Shown piece by piece: positions 51,970 to 60,000 of a stretch of 60,000 bases of DNA (positions are counted from its first letter, which is position 1; the number at the start of each line of letters is the position of its first letter). The notes under the pieces were generated by a model. It was not told where the DNA came from, did not search any database, and saw nothing but the letters and a program-made list of their open reading frames with translations. The stretch lies in assembly GCA_044892525.1 (NCBI GenBank), contig CM097885.1:7566001-7626000 (forward strand), read 5' to 3'. This DNA comes from Schmidtea polychroa (lineage: Eukaryota). A program made the position numbers and the translations under genes.

Positions 51970-54300
51970 CAGTGTTTCCCAACCTTTTTTAACTCATGTC
52001 CCCCCTAGCTGAATTTTTTTTTCTTTTGTCCCCCCTATGCAAAACATTTTACAGTTTTGAAAAAATTTCCAACTATTTTTATTGATATACGTAATTAATA
52101 GATAAAGATTAATTTTTTTATTCAATGAGACGATTGACTCTGATGATTACTGCAGAGTGATTTAATATTAGGTTCGATGTTGGTAAGTTTAAGCCTTAGA
52201 TCTCCTCTTTTGATGATATCTAAACGATTTCTCTTCTTGATAAGTAAATCATTAATTACACTAAATCCACATTCAGATAAATAGGTAGTGGGAAATGGTA
52301 ATAATAGTTTTCTTGCATAAGATGTTGACATTGGATATTTTTTATTCATCTCATCGCTAAGCCATGCCATTATCCTTTTCAAACCAAACAGATTTTTTAT
52401 TGATTCATCGTTTTGAATCTCAGCGATTTCTTCTATATATTCGAAATTTTCGAATTCTGCCAAATCTATAAGCATCGGCTGTGTTATCCAATTTGGGAAG
52501 ATAATTTCTTTTAAGTCTGAAAACCTCTCTTCTAAGTCTTCTATAAGTAATTTTAAATGGTCAAGAATCACTGACTTGGCTGATTCACTTACTTCACATT
52601 TCTGAAGCCAATTAAAACTTTCAAAGTTTTTCTTTGAGAGTGATTTAATACTTATTTTTAAAAGCGAAATAAAACTAAAAATTTTTGCTTTAACTTCAAT
52701 AAGATTTCTATTTTTCCGTTGAAGTTGCTTGTTGAGAGTATTAAACTTCTCAAAGATATCTGTTAAATAGCCCAAATAAGCCTTACCATCTTTCGTCATT
52801 AAGAATTTCATCTCAATCTTGTCAGAAAGAAAGACACTAAGACTATCAAAAAGCTCCATGAATCTAGCCAAACAATTTCTTTTTGAAAGTCATCTTACTT
52901 CAGTATGTAATAAAAGTCGAATATATTCTTCATTTTGTTCTTTACAGAATAACTTAAAAAGACGTTCATTCTTTGAATTGGCTTTAATGAAATTAATACA
53001 TTTTATAACTGACTGTAAAACTTCATTTAACTTAGGAGAAATCTTCTTGGCTACCAAATTTTCTCTGTGAATGACACAATGAATAATCATCATTTCTGGA
53101 TTTTCGTCTTTAAGTAATTTAAGGCAGCCATTTTTTTTACCCATCATGCTAGGAGCTCCATCTGAAGCACAGGAAGTAATATTACTTATAGGTATATTAT
53201 TAATTGTAAGATAATCTTTTAGATGATTTAAAATATCTTTCGCAGTTGTTGTGCTTTCCAGCGATCTGCTGAATAAAAATTCTTCAAAAAATTCCTCTTT
53301 ATCAATGTATCTTACGTAAGCAATTAATATCGATTCGCTGTCTCTAAAAGTTGATTCGTCCATTTGTAAAGAGAAATTTAAAGTTTTTAGTTTCTCAACA
53401 AGTTGATTCTCCACATCTTTACTCATTTCATCAATACTTCTACTGACAGTAATTTTACTTAACGGCATTCCCTTAACATCCGCGTCATCTTTACCCATAA
53501 CTATCCTAAGAAATGCAGAAATCGAAGGCTTGATCAGACTTTCTCCTACTGTATGATTTTTTCCAGATTTTGCAATCATCTTTGAAATTTCAAAACTAGC
53601 TTCAAGTGTACGATCACTTATAGAACTATGAAGGGTAAACAAAGATATCAAAGTTGTTCTCTGTTCGAATTGTTTCTTTAAGGATTGAAAGAAAGCCAAA
53701 TCAGATGTTTTATAAGAACTATGCTTGGCCAAAAAGTGTGCTTCGAGGCGACCTCGTTTCATTGATTCATTTGTAAGACAAATTTTAGATCTTTCAAACC
53801 AACCGTGGGTTGCTAAAAATGACATCTTTGTTACAGTTGCAGAGGAGAATGGTAACTGACTCTTTATTTCTAATGACATTGGTATCAATGAGAATTCGCT
53901 TTTGTATTTTGTCTTCTAACCATATAATTAATGCCTTTTCCATTTTTTCCGTTGCAATATTCCTTGCATATGAAGTTGTACTCAGGCTCTCGCAAGAACC
54001 AGCTACTACACTTTTTCTGACTCATTCATTGAACAATATTCGTTGTTTTTTCTCCATTACGTAAACGATTTAAAATTTTAATTTTCGTTTCTAACGAAAT
54101 AACTTTTCTTTTCATTTGGTTTTTCTTTGCTTTTTTTGGCATGGTAAGATAAAACTGCTAAAAGTTTAATTAAACTACAAAACCATTAAACAATTAAACA
54201 AAACACGAAATTTAAGAAAAATAATACAAATTTACACATAATTTTTCTTTCTTAAAAAATTGCAACACCAAATGACATAAATTTAAATAATTAAAAAATA
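51970..54300 (-). mobile_element. hAT Buster/Charlie-type transposon (ZBED5/SCAND3-like transposase), frameshifted
   Basis: Terminus CAGTGTTTCCCAACC at 51970 preceded by ATTTAGAT. ORFs 52890-53888 (FSLQMDEST, SDGAPSMMG, IHCVIHRENL, LLLHTEVR*) and 52122-52871 (LLPFPTTYLSECGFS, RNRLDI..RGDLRLKLT). The other terminus was not found. Confidence 0.92.
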
Positions 54301-54689
54301 TTAAATTGTACACCAGATATCTTGACGCTTGATTATGATTACGCAGTTCCAAATTACATTATACTTCTCAGAACTATGAGTTCTCTGAGAGTCAGATAAT
54401 TATAGCAAGGTGGTACTAGTTTCTGACTCCTCGGTGTCCTTATTCTAATGAATCGAACAAGCATACACAATAACGTTTATTCATATTTACTAAAATTGTT
54501 TACAACCCTTTATATTCACACAATTTTCGCCGACACCTCTAACCTGCACAATTTTCAAAAAAACTTTCAATTTTTAATAACGCTTTTAATTTGCAAAATT
54601 TCCAATAGCACCTTTAACCTTTCGTAAAACTCCGGGTTTCGACTTCAACTCCATAACGCTGATTTAATTTTTCTACGTCAAAGCAATTT

Positions 54690-55891
54690 AGTACAGGACA
54701 AATTTTATGTATTAAATGGAATCTAAAGTACATCAAAATTAAATCCGATAGTAAATCAATTGTGTGTTGGGTTAGCAGCATATTATCAAGCTACAGAAAA
54801 ATACATACAAAAGAAAATTCAGAGTTGTTAATACGACGAAGGCTGGAGCTTTTAAAAGATCTAGCGATTGAGTATGAACTTAAAATGAACATTGAGTTTG
54901 TATCTACAGAAAATAACAAGGCTGATGTATTAAGGAGGGTACCAGCCAACTGGATGATTATTAAAAAAGAAGTCGCAGCTTTAGGCAATCAAAAAAGCTC
55001 GAAAGATGTGTTATTAGAGATTCACAAGATCTGCCATGTAGGGAAAAATCGTATGCGATTCTTAGCATCGGAAGCGGGGATACTAAATCTCAGAAATAAT
55101 TGCAAGTTGTAATCAATGCCTATCAATTGACCCAGCGCCAGTAACGCGGGAAAAGGTGAACTAAGCTGTGATGAAAATTGGTGCCGTTTAGCAATTGATG
55201 TAGCTAAATTTGCTAATGATAAATATTTAACAATTATTGATTGTGGACCATCGAGATATGCAATCTGGAAGAAAATTAAGAATGAAATTGTAGAATAGAT
55301 ATGTAATACATTAAATGAAGTGCTATATGAAAGAGGAGCTCCAAGTAAAATATTATTAGATAATTACTTATCTTTTAGATCTAGAAAATTTCAAGAATTA
55401 GCAGATAAATGGAATGTTGAGTTGGTATTTAGAACAGTGAACCGTCCAAGGGGAAACGGAATCATTGAACGCAGCCATCGGACAATCAAATCACTAGCAG
55501 CTAGGTCCTCAGGAACAATCGCAGAAGCTGTGTACTGGTTCAACAATACGCCAAACAACAATAATATTTGTCCATCTAGAGCCATATCTAGATATAATCC
55601 AAAGCTGAATCTGCCAAGCTACAATAAAAAAGAAATAATAATCGAAGCAAAATATTCTGCTGGTGATCCAGTATGGATAAAACCGAATTTGAATCAAAAA
55701 TGCACAGAAAGATGGAAAGATGGACATTCATAAAGCATTATCAAATACAAAAATTTTAGTCAGATGTAATGGATACGATATACCGCGACACGTGGGCGAT
55801 ATTAGAAAATAAGTTGTTAAAGATTCAGATGAATCTGGTGGGGATGTAGGAATAATGTAATATTAAACAATTAATGTAGTTTTAATATTAT
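54690..55891 (+). mobile_element. Degraded Gypsy-type RNase H/integrase fragment with PPT and start of a 3' LTR
   Basis: IKSDSKS...ENNKADVL (RNase H), H-x3-H, RLAID, LLDNYLSF, RGNGIIERSHRTIK (DDE). GGTGGGGA purine tract followed by TGTAGG at 55845. Confidence 0.85.
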
Positions 55892-58800
55892 TGTAAGGAG
55901 TTAGTAAATCTCTGTATAAGATTATTATGGTTAAATGGTAGAAGTGAGATCAGTTAGTAGAAATAATTATTTCTGTTAAATTTTTATATTTAAATTCTAT
56001 ATTAAATTATATCATATTATATTAAATTATATTAAATTAAATCAATTAAATGTATGACCAGTAATTACATTAATATTAATAATAATCACGCCTCGGTGTT
56101 TAAATACTCTAATAAATGGCACAATTTTGAAGTTGTTATAAAAATAAATGCTTGAAGAAGACTTGAATTTAATTGCGTCTAACATGGCGACCACGACCAC
56201 GGATTTATTGATAAGCAGACTATTACCTGAGAAATTTCACAAAGGCGATTATTTAGAAAATTTTATCAAGGATTGTCAAAGGTTTTTTGGCGCGACAAAA
56301 AACAACAATTAGGATGCAAGTAATATTAACTACAACATTACTTGACAGATCGCTAATGGAAGATTATGAAGCAGCCGAAGGAAAAACTATGGAAGAGAAA
56401 CTTCGATATGCATTTTCGAAACCGACATCATTAATGGATGATCTAAAAGAAGCTTTGAGTTATGAACACGGATCAGATTCAGCCGAAACTTTTATAGAGA
56501 AAATTAAAAAGATGACAAAGAAATTAATAGCGCACAAATGGGATGAAGAAGAATTAGAAAAATGCCTGCTTACAAACTGTCTAAGAGATCGAGAAGTTAA
56601 AAAAGAGATCGAGATTAAAGATTTGAAAACATCAGAAGAAATGAAAGCGACAATAAAGAAATTAGAAAAGGTAAACAAAATTATGGGCTATATTAATGTT
56701 GTGAAGACTTCACCGGTTGTTCAAAACTTCAGAAGCTAGAGAGATGTTGCTCAAAGAGGAATGGTAAACGGAAATAATAATTTCAAGCAGTGAAACGTCA
56801 GTAACCGACAATTGGAATGCTGGACATGCAAGAAAACTGGTCATGTTAGTCGAGAATGCCAAATGAAAAAGAAAATGACGTGTTTTGCATGCGGAGTTGA
56901 AGGCCACGTACGGCGAGAATGTTCAACAATTCAATGCCAGAGATGTCACTTACGTGGACACAAGGAGATTGACTGCTATACAAATCTGGAAAGAAGGAAG
57001 TTTCAAACTAATTCAAACATGAGAAACAATAAAAACCACAAGCTATCAACAAAAGATCAACAATCCAGGAAGAACAATTGCAGCAATTGAACCTAATGAT
57101 GAGACGATGCCACTTGAGTATTCAGATGATGCAGAAGACAAATATGAGGATATTCAGCACCCAAAAGTACATGCTTCGACACGGGAGGCAATGATCGGAG
57201 CAATATACTAGGTAATTTTGATATTGATGTAAATATTGGTCATAATAATTTTAATAATGTAAATAATCCTTATATATATATATAATAATGTAGAACCTGT
57301 ATGTAATAAAATTTGTAATTTTAAAAAATTTCCTTTAAATAATTTTAAATGTTATAGTTATTTTAATGCTGATCGATCTTTAATAAATAATAATAATAAT
57401 CCTAAGAATCAAGAAGAGTATAATGAAATTAAAGAAGCAGAATATAATAATAAAATAGTAAATGAAAAAGTTTATAAATTTATTAAAAAGGCAGAAGATA
57501 AATTAGAGAGAAAGGAAATTGGGTGGATTAATGAAATATCAGAGGAGCCGAATATTTTCACTAAAGATGAATGGAAACAACCGAAATTGAGTTATGACAA
57601 AATGCAAGGTAGACCGAGTACAACTCTTGAAATTCAGGGCTATAGAATGGAATGCTTACTAGATACAGGAGCAAGAGTAAATGTAATGGCAGAAGCAGTT
57701 GTGGACAAATTAGTAAATGTGAAAATCATAAAAACAGATGAGATGTTAAGATGTGCAAATGATAGTAAATTAGAGACAATCGGAAAAATATATATTGACG
57801 TTAGAATTGGTAATATGGAAAGAAAAATAACATTTATAATAGTTAAAAATATTGTTCCAGATATAATAGGCGGAGTGGAATTGCAGAAAGAGTTTGGAAT
57901 TGAATTAAACTACATCAAGCAAAATGAAGAAGGATATAATGAATTTGTGTGTGTGAAATAGAAGCTAGATTTGGGGAAAAGATTACAGATAACGAGAGAT
58001 GTCAAAAAGCAATAGAAATTCTAAGATTAAACGAAAATAAAAGACCGTTAGAGATTGTTAAAAACAATAAAAGTGTTTTTATGGCTAATAACTGGGATAT
58101 CGGATGTACTGATTTAATTGCACATAAAATCATCACAAGAGAAGGGCCAATTATGATAAAACCCAGAAGGCAACCCATCAATTTAGAGGAGAAAATAAAT
58201 GCTGCTATAAAAAATTTAGAAAATAATGATATCATAAGAAGATGTAATTCACCTTGGAATACGCCGTTAGTATGCGTGTGGAAAAAAGACAAAAAAGATA
58301 TCAGACTTTGTTTAGATTTTAGACAGCTTAATAAGATTACTGAAAGACAAGCTTTTCCTATGCCGAATGTAGAAGAAATTCTAGATACATTACATGGATC
58401 TAAGTACTTTAGTTCTATAGACCTTGGGGACGCTTATTATCAAGTGAAATTGGACATAGAATCGCAAGAAAAGACAGCATTTTCTACTAAAGAAGGGCAA
58501 TTTTGTTTTAATAGAATGCGTTTTGGCATTGCGGCGGCACCGGGTACATTCCAAGAATTAATGACAAAAATATTGAAAGATCTATGGAAAGAAGGAGTTA
58601 TGGTGTATTTAGACGATATTTTAATTTTTACAAGAACAATTGAAGAACATTACAATGTGTTTGAAAAAGTTCTAGAGAAAATACGGGAAGCTAAATTGAG
58701 AATCAACCCAGAAAAATGTCAGTTATTAAAGAGCGAAGTAAAGTTTTTAGGGCACATTATTAACAGTCAGGGGATTCGGACAGATCAAAGTAAAATTGAG

Positions 58801-60000
58801 GCTATTAAATCATTTCACAGGCCTAAGTGTATAAAGAATATGAGAAGCTTTTTAGGTATATGTAACTATTATCGGAGATTTATTAAGGAATATGCAACAA
58901 AATCAAGAGCGCTAGAAAGCATATGTGGAAGCAATAGTGAAAAAATAATCTGGACTGAGGAATGTGAGAAAGCTTTCGAAGAAATGAAAATGGCGTTGAC
59001 TACAGCGCCAATTCTCGTATTTCCAGATTTCAAGAAAGAATTCATATTAGATACAGACGCAAGCTTTGATACAATTGGAGCTGTATTATCACAAAGAGAT
59101 GAAATGGGGCATGAACACGTTATTGCATATGGATCACATGCAATGAGTAGCCATGAAAGAGGATATTGTATAACACGAAAAGAGCTTTAAGCTATATATT
59201 ATTTCTATCGCCATTTCAACCATTATTTATACGGTAAAAGGTTTGTTTTGCGCACTGATCATAAAGCAATAACTTTTATGTTAACGACAAAGAAGCCTAT
59301 AACAGCACAGTTCCAAACGTGGATAAATTACTTGAGCAGTTTAGACATAAAAATGGAGTTCAGAAAAGGTACGGTGCATACGAATGCAGATATGCTGTCT
59401 AGATATGCTACATGCGGCAAATGCGTACAATGTTTGATGGATCATGATAACCCCAAATCAGGGCGATTAAAAACTAAATTGTTAACATTGATGACTGAAA
59501 ATAATGGAAATGAATGGCAAAGAGATAATGCAGAAATACAAGATATAAAAGATCAAATAAATGAAAGGAAAAATAATAAATATATATTAAAAGGAAATAT
59601 TATCTATACCAATCAAAACAAAATATGGATACCAGAAACAAAAAGACGAGAAATGATTAAGGAAACACATTTATTATTATGCCACGCAGGAGTAGAAAAA
59701 GTTATGAAATATATTAGGAACAATTTTGATATGGAAGACTTGCTAAATGAAGTAAAAGAGACTATTTCAATATGTGAAGCATGCCAGAAAAACAAAGTTT
59801 TAACTACAAAGTCAAAAGAAAAAACCCAAGTAATTCAAGCTTCAGAACCTATGGAGAAAATATACATGGATATTTGCGGTCCATTAAGAGAAACCTTCAG
59901 AGGAGAAAAATATATTTGTGCAATAATCGATCATTACAGTAAATACATATCTCTAACTCCTATTAGAAAGCAAGATGAAAATACAATAAAGGCAGTTTTG
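55892..60000 (+). mobile_element. Ty3/Gypsy LTR retrotransposon (5' LTR, PBS, gag, PR, RT, RH, start of IN), with stops and frameshifts; runs off the window
   Basis: LTR ends CTAACA at 56184 (start uncertain, 55845 or 55892). PBS TGGCGACCACG. Three CCHC knuckles (56812-57090), LLDTGA protease, RLCLDFRQLN and YLDDIL RT, DTDAS RNase H, stop at 59188-59190, then integrase HHCC and YMDICGP...IIDHYSKY. Confidence 0.96.

Overview
AT-rich eukaryotic (invertebrate-type) genomic DNA with many 42-60 nt GT-AG introns, long (AAT)n tracts and a heavy transposon load. The species cannot be fixed from the sequence. Two apparently intact multi-exon genes lie on +: a SAC1 phosphoinositide phosphatase (1878-12957, 12 exons) and a TMEM184C-like membrane protein (21200-47263, 8 exons). 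There are two decayed host-type genes (RNF126/RNF115-like and a TPR, FKBP6-like fragment). The main feature is a 10,055-bp element in TMEM184C intron 6 (35568-45622) with Maverick/Polinton-type ends: AGTAG...CTACT, a TTTAAA 6-bp flanking duplication and ~3-kb inverted arms. It has no recognisable viral core genes. It carries a spliced IAP/MDM2-type RING gene, dense TGA(C/G)TCA and CAAGGTCA motif arrays and a repeated internal module. Also present: a Penelope-like remnant with minimal hammerhead ribozymes; a GC-rich orphan ORF followed by a structured region and a 113-bp TG...CA terminus (15411-16780); several MITEs, a small Helitron and minisatellites; and a nested pogo/Tigger, hAT and Gypsy cluster at the 3' end. 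All calls, counts and family assignments were made by eye, with no database search.
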